Positions 8,839 to 18,757 of a DNA stretch of 64,000 bases are shown here, piece after piece. Each line of letters opens with the position of its first letter. Positions within the stretch are counted from its first letter, which is position 1. Origin of the DNA: a bacterium (GTDB lineage: Bacteria > Patescibacteriota > Minisyncoccia > Phycocordibacterales > JAKAEA01). The stretch is from contig JAKAEA010000001.1 in NCBI GenBank assembly GCA_021818465.1, positions 454,045 to 518,044 of the forward strand. Reading direction: 5' to 3'. Position numbers and translations under genes: made by a program. The notes under the pieces were generated by a model, which saw only the letters and a list, made by a program, of their open reading frames with translations, made no database searches and had not been told where the DNA came from.

Positions 8839-9933
8839 ATGGAAATCCTTTTTATTATTCTTGGTATTGTTATTGCCATAATCGTTGGTGCCGTATGGTA
8901 CACTCTACAAAAAAATACTTCTCAAAAAACATCGACCGATACTTCACCCGACACGTTTAAACTTCTTTTAGAACAATTGCATGATTTAGGTCGTCGTATG
9001 GATCAAAACGTCAGTAACCTCCATAAAACAGTCGATGCAAAAATCGGCGAATCGTCACGAATGATGCAACAATCCGTAACTACTCAACTGTCCGAATCGC
9101 AAAAACTCATTCGCGAAATCACTCGTGAGCTTACCGAGGTCAAAGAAACTGGCAAGCAGGTAGTTGGTTTTGCCGATCAGCTGCAAAACCTGCAGGATAT
9201 TCTAAAAAATCCCAAACAGCGGGGTATTCTTGGTGAATATTATCTTGAAACACTGCTTAAAAACGTCTTACCACCAGAAAGCTACCAAATGCAATACGCA
9301 TTTTCTGATGGTACTATTGTCGACGCTGTCGTATTCGTCAAAGACAAAATTATTCCTGTTGATTCAAAATTCTCTCTTGAAAATTACAATCGCATCAGCG
9401 AAACCCGCGATGCTACCGAACGCGAACGCTTAGAAAAAAATTTCGTCAATGATCTAAAAAACCGCATCGTAGAAACCAGCAAATACATTCAACCCAAAGA
9501 GGGAACAATGGATTTTGCTTTTATGTTTATTCCTCACGAAGCTATCTATTATGATTTACTCGTCAACACAATTGGCGCACAAAAAGAAGAGCCAGAAAAT
9601 CTTATTCAACGAGCAGCAGCAAAATATCATGTCATTATTGTCTCACCAACATCGTTTCTGGCATACCTTCAAACGGTGCTGCAAGGTTTGCGTGAATTAC
9701 ACATTAAAGAATCATTTGAAAATGTTGTTAAAAACGTTAGTGAACTTAGTCGGCATCTGAAAAGCTATGAGGAGTATCATGGTAAATTAGGTAACGCCCT
9801 CGCTACCACCGTTAACCACTACAATGCAACCGGCAAAGAATTCAAAAAAATAGATAAAGATATTTTACGTATTACGGGCAACTCCTTGGAAATAGAAACG
9901 GCATCCTTAGAAAAACCCGATACTGAGATGTAG
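8839..9933 (+). CDS. rmuC: DNA recombination protein RmuC
   Basis: N-terminal TM segment, a coiled coil, and a C-terminal RmuC nuclease-like domain (FAFMFIPHEAIYY). Confidence 0.8.
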   Translation: MEILFIILGIVIAIIVGAVWYTLQKNTSQKTSTDTSPDTFKLLLEQLHDLGRRMDQNVSNLHKTVDAKIGESSRMMQQSVTTQLSESQKLIREITRELTEVKETGKQVVGFADQLQNLQDILKNPKQRGILGEYYLETLLKNVLPPESYQMQYAFSDGTIVDAVVFVKDKIIPVDSKFSLENYNRISETRDATERERLEKNFVNDLKNRIVETSKYIQPKEGTMDFAFMFIPHEAIYYDLLVNTIGAQKEEPENLIQRAAAKYHVIIVSPTSFLAYLQTVLQGLRELHIKESFENVVKNVSELSRHLKSYEEYHGKLGNALATTVNHYNATGKEFKKIDKDILRITGNSLEIETASLEKPDTEM

Positions 9934-9959
9934 TCTGTGGATATCCGCTTGTGTAATAG

Positions 9960-10292
9960 ACAGGTTCGATATACTATATCGTATAGAAGAGAAAATGGTG
10001 TGCAGTCTTCACTGGGAAGGCTATATTTTCTCTAGGCATCTCTAAAAGAAATATGTGGCAGGATGTCGCATATTTCTCGATCGGTACGAAAGGGCCGATC
10101 GCAATTCTTAAGCTGTAACGTAACAATTTTTCTAGTGCGATTTCCGTCCCCTTGGGGAGCGGAAAAAGAAATCATTGTATGATTCATACTGTCCTACGGT
10201 GCATACCATCTTGACGTGGGCAGGATACCACACCAAGGGAAACACACAGGACTCATGGGGCGATACCAACAGGTGTCGCCTTATTTAATATT
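9960..10292 (+). ncRNA. Candidate structured non-coding RNA or long leader ending in an intrinsic-terminator-like hairpin (10259-10290)
   Basis: 333 nt with no credible ORF. Several strong hairpins fold by eye: GAGAAAAT...ATTTTCTC enclosing CAGT..ACTG, CGATCGG..CCGATCG, and GGCGATACC-AACA-GGTGTCGCC followed by a T-rich tract. The strand assignment is tentative. Confidence 0.3.
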
Positions 10293-10343
10293 TATACATA
10301 CCACAGTTGCACTTTTTGGACGATTTGATAGAATGCCAAAACT

Positions 10344-10688
10344 ATGCAATTTGCCGTAATCGAGACTGGGGGTAAACAATATAAAGTTGCCGCCGGCGAT
10401 ACTATTAAAATAGAAAAACTCGCTACCGACGCCAAAGAAGGCGATAGTTTAACGTTCGACAAGGTTTTACTCATCGCCGACGAACAGGTCGCAAAAGTGG
10501 GCACACCCACCGTGGCCGGTGCTACAGTTACTGGCACGCTCATTAAAAATGGCCGTCACGCAAAAGTACTCGTTGTTAAATATAGACAAAAAAATCGCAG
10601 CGGTTACAAACGCAACGGTCACCGCCAACCGTACGCTGAAGTAAAAATAGAATCTATTTCAGAATCTGGCACAGCAACTAAAAAATAA
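10344..10688 (+). CDS. rplU: 50S ribosomal protein L21
   Basis: [15 protein letters not shown]... A promoter-like TTGCAC-16-TAGAAT sits only about 9 nt upstream of the ATG. Confidence 0.9.
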   Translation: MQFAVIETGGKQYKVAAGDTIKIEKLATDAKEGDSLTFDKVLLIADEQVAKVGTPTVAGATVTGTLIKNGRHAKVLVVKYRQKNRSGYKRNGHRQPYAEVKIESISESGTATKK

Positions 10689-11306
10689 CTAACCTCGATT
10701 TTGTAAAGCGAATCGAAGTGTATCGCTATCAGAATATTCTAGTTCACTGCCCGTAGAAACACCACGACCCAATCGTGATATTTTTATACCACCCCCGAGC
10801 ATCGGCACCAAAATCTGTGCAAGATAATCAGCAGTGTGATCACCTTCAGGTGTTACATTCATCGCTAAAATAATCTCTCGTAAACCATTCGCAGCACGTT
10901 GGCGAATCGTTTCCAACAGCTCTTTTTGACGAATTCGTTCTTCGGGTTTTTCAGTCAAAATCGGCACACTGCCACCAAGCACGAAATATAGACCCTTATA
11001 TGCGCCACTTTTTTCCACACTTTCTAAATCTACATCACGGCTAACTACCATAAGCAGTGTCCTGTCACGGTGCGGGTCTCGATCGATATCACACAGCTGG
11101 GTATCGATTCGTCCTTCCATCTCAAAAAAACGGTGACAGGCGGTACATTCGGTCACTGTAGTGCGAAGTAAGCCGATAAGTTTGGCGAGGTCATCATTAT
11201 GCTGCTGCGAGCGAGTCAGGAGATAATAGACAAAACGATGTGCCTGACGCGGACCAATACCAGGAAACTTTTTGAACAATTCGGTTAATTTTTCTATGGT
11301 TGTCAT
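10689..11306 (-). CDS. recR: Recombination protein RecR
   Basis: HhH domain, C4 zinc finger (CTACHRF...C) and Toprim domain. Confidence 0.9.
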   Translation of the reverse strand: MTTIEKLTELFKKFPGIGPRQAHRFVYYLLTRSQQHNDDLAKLIGLLRTTVTECTACHRFFEMEGRIDTQLCDIDRDPHRDRTLLMVVSRDVDLESVEKSGAYKGLYFVLGGSVPILTEKPEERIRQKELLETIRQRAANGLREIILAMNVTPEGDHTADYLAQILVPMLGGGIKISRLGRGVSTGSELEYSDSDTLRFALQNRG

Positions 11307-12710
11307 TTAAAAATCATCGTTGGACGGGGGAGTAAAGGAATTGTCCAACGTGACGAAACTCGTTTTTTTATCGTCAAAGTACAGCTCGGCGCGGCCTGTT
11401 GGACCATTACGGTGTTTTTCAATTAAGATTTCGGCAATATTAGGCCGGCCAGAATCTTGTTTTTGTTTATCTTCACGGTGAATGAACATGACCACGTCAG
11501 CGTCCTGCTCAATAGAGCCGGAATCGCGCAAGTCAGAAAGGCGCGGCCGGCCACCACGTTGTTCTACAGCACGCGAGAGTTGAGAAAGGGCGAGTACTGG
11601 CACGTCAAGCTCGCGAGCCAATTGTTTGAGTGAACGGGAGATTTCAGTAATTTGCTGAACGAGATTGTCGTTAGCCCGGGCATTGGTCGGCTGCATCAGC
11701 TGGAGATAATCAACCACAATAAGACCCAGACCGCGCTCAGATTTCAAACGGCGAGCCGTAGCACGCATCTTCAAAATTGTATTTGCCGGCTGATCATCAA
11801 TAAAAATAGGTGCCTTGGAAAGGCGGCCCATACCTTCTTGGAGAGCGCCAAAATCAGCTTCCACGAAACCGTGGCCGGTACGCAATTTCCATGAATCAAC
11901 GCGAGACTCTGCGGCAAGCATTCTATCTACCAACTGCTGTGAACTCATTTCCAAAGAAAAGATACCGACGGGAATTTGGTAGGTAATAGCGGCGTGTCGA
12001 ACAATATCAAGTGCCAATGACGTTTTACCAACAGAAGGACGTGCCGCTAAAATAATGAGGTCGGATTTTTGTAGACCAGAAAGTTTACTATCCAAATCTT
12101 TGAAGCCAGTCGGCACACCGCGCAATTCGTCGCGTGATTGGTGTAGATGATCGAAACGTTCCCACGCCGCGCCAAGCTCATCACCAAGTACCGTAAAACG
12201 GTGTGCCGTCGGCGCATTAGTCACTTCAAAAACGCGTTTCTCAGCAGCATCCAAGAGCACCTCCAAGTCGTCAGACTCGCTGTATCCAAGACGATTGATA
12301 TCTTCAGCACACTCAATAAGATTACGCATCACAAACTTCTTTTCTACAATTTCAGCGTAGTGTTTAATATTTGCCGCTGAAGGCACACCATTGACCAGTT
12401 CACTCAAGTAACTCGCACCGCCAACATGCTCCAACTCATTGCGTTCGCGTAAACGATTAGAAAGCGATAAAAGATCAATCGGTGTGGACACACCAAAAAG
12501 TTCGAGCATTGTTCTAAAAATAATGCGATGCCGTTCTGCATAAAACGCACCAGGTTTTATTTGATCAATGATCTCATAGATTGCATCAGGTCGCAGCATA
12601 ATTGAACCCAGCAGCGCCATTTCTGCTTCGATACTTTGCGGGGGCACGCGCACATAAGGAGATTTTTGACCAATTTTTGGTTTAGATTCCATTGAGAAAT
12701 ATTTTATCAT
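11307..12710 (-). CDS. dnaB: Replicative DNA helicase DnaB
   Basis: N-terminal DnaB domain plus a RecA-like domain with Walker A ARPSVGKTS. Confidence 0.9.
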   Translation of the reverse strand: MIKYFSMESKPKIGQKSPYVRVPPQSIEAEMALLGSIMLRPDAIYEIIDQIKPGAFYAERHRIIFRTMLELFGVSTPIDLLSLSNRLRERNELEHVGGASYLSELVNGVPSAANIKHYAEIVEKKFVMRNLIECAEDINRLGYSESDDLEVLLDAAEKRVFEVTNAPTAHRFTVLGDELGAAWERFDHLHQSRDELRGVPTGFKDLDSKLSGLQKSDLIILAARPSVGKTSLALDIVRHAAITYQIPVGIFSLEMSSQQLVDRMLAAESRVDSWKLRTGHGFVEADFGALQEGMGRLSKAPIFIDDQPANTILKMRATARRLKSERGLGLIVVDYLQLMQPTNARANDNLVQQITEISRSLKQLARELDVPVLALSQLSRAVEQRGGRPRLSDLRDSGSIEQDADVVMFIHREDKQKQDSGRPNIAEILIEKHRNGPTGRAELYFDDKKTSFVTLDNSFTPPSNDDF

Positions 12711-12860
12711 TTCTTTAAAAAAGAAGAGTAGCCCAAAAGGGTGTTTTATTGTGTATATAGTGTGGATTGCTCACTACAAAATAGTTTTTAAAAAATACAA
12801 GAGCCCCTTTTATATATATTGCACAAAAATTTTACCCACCACTATAGGTGATGCCAGTTT

Positions 12861-14249
12861 TTAGTTTTTTTCTACTATTAACGGGCCGTGTGGCGTATCC
12901 TTCACGTCGAACCCTAAATCATGAATTTGACGACGGAGCATATCAGCATCGTTCCAACGCTTCTCATGGCGAGCTTGTTCACGCTCAGCAGCAAGATTTT
13001 TTACTTTTTCAGGTACAGAAACTTTCGTGAGTACTCGATCTAAACCAAGACCAAGAACGGTGTCAAATTTCAAAAGAAGATCTTTTTTAATGTAAGAACC
13101 AAGACCTGCATCAGCGGCCATATCCCACAGAATAGCCAATGCTTGCGGCGTATTTATATCGTCATTTATTGCTTTCAAAAAAAGGTCTTCGTATGGTTTT
13201 TTTGATCCTATACTTAATCCTGCATGAGAAACTTCACTGCTCCATTCATTTACAAAAGCCTGCAGTCGCTTGTAGGCCTGCGCCGCAGCTTCCAAAGCTT
13301 CCCAACTAAAAGTCATAGGTGTGCGATAGTGACCACCGAGAAGCCAGTAGCGATAGACGAGGGGATTAAAACCACGTTCAACTATAGTGTTGAGAGTAAT
13401 TCCTGTGCCTTCGGACTTTGCCATTTTGCCGCTTTCTACATTAATAAACGCATTGTGGAGCCAATAATTAACGAAGGGGTGACCATGTGCGCATTCTGAT
13501 TGAGCAATTTCATTATTATGATGAATGGGCGCAAGATCAGCGCCGCCGGTATGAATATCAAAATGCGCACCAAGGTAGCGTTCACTCATTGCCGAACATT
13601 CTATGTGCCAACCGGGAAATCCTTGACCCCACGGACTTTCATAACCAATTGACGAATTAAATTTCCATACAGCAAAATCTTTTGGGTTTTTCTTATCACT
13701 TTTAACGCCAATGCGTGAGGTATCACCGCCCGTGCCACCCAATTTGCCGTAGTTTGGGTCTTTTGCTGTGTCAAAATATACGCCGTCAGAAATTGTATAG
13801 ACAAAACCCTTATTTTCCAATTTTTGAATCAATGTAATGTCTTCCGTGATATGTCGACTCGCACGTGGCAATTCGTGAGGTGGCAAAATATTGAGGGCAA
13901 TAAGATTCTCTTTGAATGTGTTCGTGTAAAAATCAGTTAACTCCTTCATTGCTTCTAGGGTGATTGGTTTACCTTCACGCTTGAGTCCACGAATAATTTT
14001 ATCCTCACCCTCGTCATTATCACCACCAATACCAACATCGGTAATATTTATAACCTGGCGCACACGATAGGCATTGTATTCAAAAACTCGCCGCACCATA
14101 TCCGAGAGTAAAAACGCCCGCAAATTACCAATGTGAACATAATCATATACTGTCGGCCCACAAGAATAGAGCCCTACGCTTCCGGGAACAATTGGCGTAA
14201 AAAGCTCTTTCTTTTTTGTAAGTGAGTTGGTGAGATATATCATGACCAT
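12861..14249 (-). CDS. cysS: Cysteine--tRNA ligase
   Basis: HIGN motif (GPTVYDYVHIGN), GWHIECSAM zinc site, and KMAKSEG. Confidence 0.85.
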   Translation of the reverse strand: MVMIYLTNSLTKKKELFTPIVPGSVGLYSCGPTVYDYVHIGNLRAFLLSDMVRRVFEYNAYRVRQVINITDVGIGGDNDEGEDKIIRGLKREGKPITLEAMKELTDFYTNTFKENLIALNILPPHELPRASRHITEDITLIQKLENKGFVYTISDGVYFDTAKDPNYGKLGGTGGDTSRIGVKSDKKNPKDFAVWKFNSSIGYESPWGQGFPGWHIECSAMSERYLGAHFDIHTGGADLAPIHHNNEIAQSECAHGHPFVNYWLHNAFINVESGKMAKSEGTGITLNTIVERGFNPLVYRYWLLGGHYRTPMTFSWEALEAAAQAYKRLQAFVNEWSSEVSHAGLSIGSKKPYEDLFLKAINDDINTPQALAILWDMAADAGLGSYIKKDLLLKFDTVLGLGLDRVLTKVSVPEKVKNLAAEREQARHEKRWNDADMLRRQIHDLGFDVKDTPHGPLIVEKN

Positions 14250-14330
14250 ATGTATGATTTCTTAACTATAGCAAAATTTTTTAGGTTATTCATTGACCGC
14301 TGTAGTAGTTTTTGAGATACTGACGCCTAT

Positions 14331-15629
14331 ATGCACATTAATTGGGATGCATGGAAAAATAAATTAGGAACAGTAACTAACCTTAGTATTGGTATTATTA
14401 TTGTTGGCGCGGCATTTATTATAGGCATATACGTTGGAGGGGGGAATTCAGGATCATTTGTACCCACAACACCACCCGCCAATGTCAGTAATGCTACGGT
14501 TGGACAACCTACATCAGCAGATTTCGCACCTTTCTGGCAAGCCTGGAAAATTTTAAAAAATACTTTCGTTCCAGCGCCTAATCATTCCATACCCACCGCC
14601 CAAGATAAGGTTTGGGGCGCAATACAAGGATTAGCGGCAAGTTATGGCGATCCGTATACCACATTCTTTCCACCGCAAGCAGAAAAAAGTTTTCAAACTG
14701 AAATCACCGGTAATTTTGGTGGGATTGGCATGGAAGTTGGTCAAAAGAACGGTACGCTTGTTGTTATAGCCCCTCTCAAAAATTCTCCTGCTGCTGCCGC
14801 GGGCATTGTTGCTGGTGATTTTATTCTTAAAATTAATGGCACATCAACAGCCGATATGACCATTAATCAGGCGGTTGCTATTATTCGTGGACCAGTTGGT
14901 ACACCCATCACCCTCACAGTCATCGGCCCTAAGGATAAAGAACCACGAACACTCACGCTTACGCGCCAGGTCATCAATATACCTGAAATAAACACCGAAA
15001 AACTTCCTGGTGGTATTTTCGACATTCAACTCTACACATTTACTACCGATTCAGCTACACTTTTCCGAAATGCTTTAGTTAAATTTGCCCAATCAGGAGA
15101 CAATAAACTTATTCTTGATCTGCGCGGTAATCCTGGAGGATATCTTGATGCAGCAGTTGATATGGCCAGTTTCTTCTTACCCAGTAACGATATTGTCGTT
15201 CAAGAAGATGCTGGTCATGGCAATAATCATATTTATTACAGCAAAGGTTACGATGTATTTAATCCACAAAAAAATCCTAACTTCAAGATGGCAATACTTG
15301 TTGATGGGGGATCGGCTTCAGCGGCAGAAATCCTTTCGGCGGCACTACAAGAAAATGGTGTAGCAAAACTCGTGGGCACCCAAACTTTCGGCAAAGGTTC
15401 AGTACAAGAACTCATTCCACTTACAAATACCACAGCCCTTAAAATCACCGTGGCTCAATGGCTCACGCCCAATGGTAGTTCAATTTCTAATGTTGGTATC
15501 ACCCCCAATTACGTCATTCCGCTGACACTGGAAAATACCGCTGGCGGTATTGATCCCCAGTTACAAGCAGCTGAAAATATTCTGCTTGGTAAAGCAGCAA
15601 CATCCACACCTATCGGAGTAAAAAACTAG
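14331..15629 (+). CDS. ctpA: C-terminal processing peptidase (S41) with a PDZ domain
   Basis: PDZ domain (GIGMEVG...GDFILKING) and S41 core (DLRGNPGGYL). Confidence 0.8.
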   Translation: MHINWDAWKNKLGTVTNLSIGIIIVGAAFIIGIYVGGGNSGSFVPTTPPANVSNATVGQPTSADFAPFWQAWKILKNTFVPAPNHSIPTAQDKVWGAIQGLAASYGDPYTTFFPPQAEKSFQTEITGNFGGIGMEVGQKNGTLVVIAPLKNSPAAAAGIVAGDFILKINGTSTADMTINQAVAIIRGPVGTPITLTVIGPKDKEPRTLTLTRQVINIPEINTEKLPGGIFDIQLYTFTTDSATLFRNALVKFAQSGDNKLILDLRGNPGGYLDAAVDMASFFLPSNDIVVQEDAGHGNNHIYYSKGYDVFNPQKNPNFKMAILVDGGSASAAEILSAALQENGVAKLVGTQTFGKGSVQELIPLTNTTALKITVAQWLTPNGSSISNVGITPNYVIPLTLENTAGGIDPQLQAAENILLGKAATSTPIGVKN

Positions 15630-15685
15630 ACAAAATGGCCACACTGGTATAGTATCCTTCGGATACTGTAAAAATTGTTATTACT

Positions 15686-16129
15686 ATGAAAATTATTCTA
15701 TTAAAAGACGTTCCTAATGTTGGCCAGCGTTTTGATGTTAAAGATGTCGCTGATGGCTTTGCTCTCAACTTTTTAATTCCTCAAAAAGTTGCTGAAATAG
15801 CTACCGAAAAGGCTATTAAGAAAATTGCTGCGGCTAAACAAGTTGCCGAAGCTGAACGTAAAATCCAAAATGATCTTCTTGCTAAAAATCTTAAAGAATT
15901 GAGTGGTAAAACCATCACCATCATTACAGAAGCCAATGAGCACGGCCATCTCTTTAAAGGTTTCCACCAAAAAGAGATTGCTACCGCTATCACCGAACAA
16001 ACAAAATTACACGTACCACCCGAATCCATCGCGCTTGAAAAACCACTTAAAGAAATTGGCGATCACAAAGTCACCGTTGAGATTGCCGACAAGAAGGCAA
16101 CTCTGACCGTTTCCATCACCAGCAAGTAA
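15686..16129 (+). CDS. rplI: 50S ribosomal protein L9
   Basis: MKIILLKDVPNVGQRFDVKDV... Confidence 0.9.
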   Translation: MKIILLKDVPNVGQRFDVKDVADGFALNFLIPQKVAEIATEKAIKKIAAAKQVAEAERKIQNDLLAKNLKELSGKTITIITEANEHGHLFKGFHQKEIATAITEQTKLHVPPESIALEKPLKEIGDHKVTVEIADKKATLTVSITSK

Positions 16130-16132
16130 AAA

Positions 16133-16161
16133 AAATACCCCTTGTGGGGGTATTTTTTTTA
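16133..16161. terminator. Bidirectional intrinsic terminator between rplI and rpmA
   Basis: AAAAAATACCCC-TTGTG-GGGGTATTTTTTTT: a perfect 7-bp stem flanked by an A-run and a T-run. Confidence 0.6.
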
Positions 16162-16434
16162 CTTAACTACGTCGATTACCTTTTTAGTGATATTTGAACC
16201 ATCAAAACGTTGAAAACGTTTGTCTTTGAATTTAACCTTGCCGTCAGCAAGAGCAAAAAGAGAATAGTCCTTTGCGGTACCAACATTTTTACCAGCACGA
16301 TAGACACTACCGCGTTGACGGACAATAACATTGCCAGTTTTTATACTTTGGCCATCAGTAACTTTTATCCCGAGATATTGCGGGCCGGAATCACTTAGGT
16401 TTTTAGCTGTACCGCCAGCTTTTTTATGGGCCAT
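16159..16434 (-). CDS. rpmA: 50S ribosomal protein L27
   Basis: MAHKKAGGTAKNLSDSGPQYLGIK... Confidence 0.9.
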   Translation of the reverse strand: MAHKKAGGTAKNLSDSGPQYLGIKVTDGQSIKTGNVIVRQRGSVYRAGKNVGTAKDYSLFALADGKVKFKDKRFQRFDGSNITKKVIDVVK

Positions 16435-16532
16435 ATTGATTACAAATTAAATTGTTGTGTAATGCGTTTTTTAGCTGGATTTTAGAATATTTTAATCGAG
16501 AATTTATCCGCACCAGCTATACTTATTTCGCT

Positions 16533-16901
16533 ATGTCGCGAAGTCGCGTAACTATACTAAAAAACCTTCAAAAAGGCAAGCTTATAAGATGGAAAACCTT
16601 AACGATAGTCATTTCTTTTTTGGTACTTATTATCGAAAGTTCTACACTCTACCAACTGGTAAAAAATCATCCACCTGTTACCATTATTAGCGCACCAACA
16701 ACACCTGACAGATCCTCAAAATCCAACGAACCACCGCTCAAGCTTTTTGTTGCTTCGCGACGAGGTACGGCATATTATTATCCATGGTGTAGTGGTGGCG
16801 CAAACATTTCTGATAGCAATAAGATTTGGTTTACAAGCCAGGCTGCCGCCCAAGAGGCAGGATATACACCGTCAAAGTCTTGTACAGATTTATTCAAATG
16901 A
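16533..16901 (+). CDS. Hypothetical exported protein with a C-terminal Cys-flanked ~40-aa motif (YYYPWC...SKSC)
   Basis: N-terminal TM/signal segment. Its stop overlaps the next start (ATGA). The start is uncertain (ATG 16533 versus an upstream GTG). Confidence 0.4.
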   Translation: MSRSRVTILKNLQKGKLIRWKTLTIVISFLVLIIESSTLYQLVKNHPPVTIISAPTTPDRSSKSNEPPLKLFVASRRGTAYYYPWCSGGANISDSNKIWFTSQAAAQEAGYTPSKSCTDLFK

Positions 16902-17950
16902 CCCCCATATCTTCTCGTATCTGGAACCACATCGCTTCAGCACAACGCATTCTTTTGCATTGTCACCCCAACACTGATGGCGACAGTGTTGGTAGCGTTT
17001 TGGCTATGGCTCACGTGCTTATTGGTTTAGGTAAAACAGTTACTGTTATCGCTGGTGACAATGATCCATTGCCTGACTATTTATCTTTTTTACCTGGATA
17101 CCAAACTATTCTTGCTAAAGATTTTTTCCAAATTAATGTAAATGATTTTGATCTTTTCCTCATTTTAGACACGGGCGCACCAATTCAAATCTCCAGAAAA
17201 GGCGATATTTCGTTTCCTCTTGCTATTCCTACTGTAGTTATTGACCACCATGTTTCTAATACAGCCTTTGGCACTGAAAATCTTATCGATACGGAAGCTC
17301 CAGCAACGGCCCAAATTCTCTACTATCTTTTTAAAGAATGGGGTATAGATATTAATCACAACATTGCATTATGTCTTTTTATTGGCATATATACTGATAC
17401 AGGCGGGTTTAAATTCCTACGAACCTCTGAAAAAACGTTCCGGATGGCGGCGGCGTTAGCGAATAAAGTACCAGAATTTACAGAATATATTTTTACTCTA
17501 GAAAACAGTAATTCACCAGGATGGACTGTGTTTATGAAGATTGCATACGCTAATATAAGGGTTTTATATAACGCCGTAGCGATAAGCTCAATTTCATACG
17601 AAGAAATAACTCATAATAATATAAATCGAAATGAATTAAATACCAGTATGTTTGCTGGTATTTTAAAATCTATCAGAGGATGGAATATTGGAATAATGTG
17701 CACTGAAGAAAAGCCGGGGGAGACAAAAATTAGTTTTAGAACCCGAGACGCCGTGCAATACGATGTAACAAAATTAGCGGCTGCTCTTGGCGGCGGCGGC
17801 CATCCGGCCGCCGCCGCTACATACCTCAAAGCACCCTTAGACATTGTTTTTAAACAAATTCAAGAAATACTACCTAGAATTTATCCCACATTGACTCTGA
17901 CCACACAACCCATTTTTGAAAAAACAACATATTTGAAAAAAAGTCAATAA
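16898..17950 (+). CDS. nrnA: DHH/DHHA1 family phosphoesterase (NrnA-like)
   Basis: DHH motifs (HCHPNTDGDS, DHH) and a C-terminal DHHA1 glycine-rich GGGGH motif. Confidence 0.8.
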   Translation: MTPISSRIWNHIASAQRILLHCHPNTDGDSVGSVLAMAHVLIGLGKTVTVIAGDNDPLPDYLSFLPGYQTILAKDFFQINVNDFDLFLILDTGAPIQISRKGDISFPLAIPTVVIDHHVSNTAFGTENLIDTEAPATAQILYYLFKEWGIDINHNIALCLFIGIYTDTGGFKFLRTSEKTFRMAAALANKVPEFTEYIFTLENSNSPGWTVFMKIAYANIRVLYNAVAISSISYEEITHNNINRNELNTSMFAGILKSIRGWNIGIMCTEEKPGETKISFRTRDAVQYDVTKLAAALGGGGHPAAAATYLKAPLDIVFKQIQEILPRIYPTLTLTTQPIFEKTTYLKKSQ

Positions 17951-18034
17951 TCTAGCCTAACTATTTTTACTAAATAAACGCTTTACTTGGCCATTTTTTT
18001 ACTCTTGCCATTAATAAAAATTCATTGTCTTCTA

Positions 18035-18063
18035 TTGACAGGGCAAAACAAGTTTGTTATAAT
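18035..18063 (+). promoter_or_regulatory. Consensus sigma-70 promoter TTGACA-17 nt-TATAAT
   Basis: Exact match to the consensus hexamers with optimal spacing. A GC hairpin plus U-tract (18073-18097) follows immediately. Confidence 0.55.
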
Positions 18064-18104
18064 AGAGCCATTCAGAGCTCGGCTCTGATTTTTATTTCTG
18101 AAAG

Positions 18105-18658
18105 ATGCGTTTCGGTTTGGTCGCCGAAATGCCTCCCAGGTTTATTACCATAAACAGTCACGTATTATACCTTTTACGACTGCTGTAGCCCTACTTCTCT
18201 CGACAACTCTTGCTCCTTCAAATAGCATTCTGGCATATCAAAATCCAATCTCTACGCCTGTTATTGATGCCGCATCAACGACGATTTCATCGACAAGTGA
18301 CACCCTTACTTCTGCAACACCTTTAGCGACAACTTCTTCCAATACCGCCGCTACCGATCCTATTAACGTTCGCGAATACGTTGAACACTACTTTGCCAAA
18401 ACACCGATTCTTATTAAGATCGCCGGCTGTGAGTCGCAGTTTCGTCAATATGATAAAAATGGCAATGTTCTTCGTGGTGCTATCGTGCACCAAGACATTG
18501 GCGTTATGCAAATCAACGAAACGTACCAAGGCGCACTTGCTTCAGCTCTTGGATACAACATCTACACCCTACAAGGCAACGTAGCGTATGCACAATGGCT
18601 ATATAATCAGGAGGGAGCACAACCTTGGTCATCTTCAAGTGCTTGCTGGAATCGCTAA
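18105..18658 (+). CDS. Secreted Rpf/transglycosylase-like domain protein; long frame (18089-18658) has no in-frame ATG/GTG/TTG until 18485 (GTG, too late to cover the signal peptide and domain); probable frameshift relative to ATG 18105/18129 or a non-canonical start
   Basis: The stop-to-stop frame 18089-18658 encodes a signal peptide (KQSRIIPFTTAVALLLSTTLAPSNSILA), an S/T linker, and a C-terminal domain (IAGCESQFRQYDKNG...GVMQIN...LQGNVAYAQW..QPW...C) matching the Rpf/transglycosylase-like fold. The only upstream ATGs (18105, 18129) are in the +1 frame and end after 27 and 19 codons. Confidence 0.5.
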
Positions 18659-18757
18659 AAATTGTAATTATTTGTAGGCTAGTATATCTACAATACTGGA
18701 TAGTCGAAAATTGCTTCACCTATAATGAAGCAATTTTCGTATACGTATCTGCCGTAT

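Noticed and set aside
9960-10343. RNase P RNA, SRP RNA, tmRNA or 6S RNA in the long rmuC-rplU spacer
   Set aside because: The conserved motifs are absent: P4 GGAAAGUCCGG and ACAGAAxCCGGCUUA for RNase P, the GGAAGCAGCC core for SRP, and the tRNA-like 3' end plus ALAA tag for tmRNA. The region is kept only as an unclassified structured RNA candidate.
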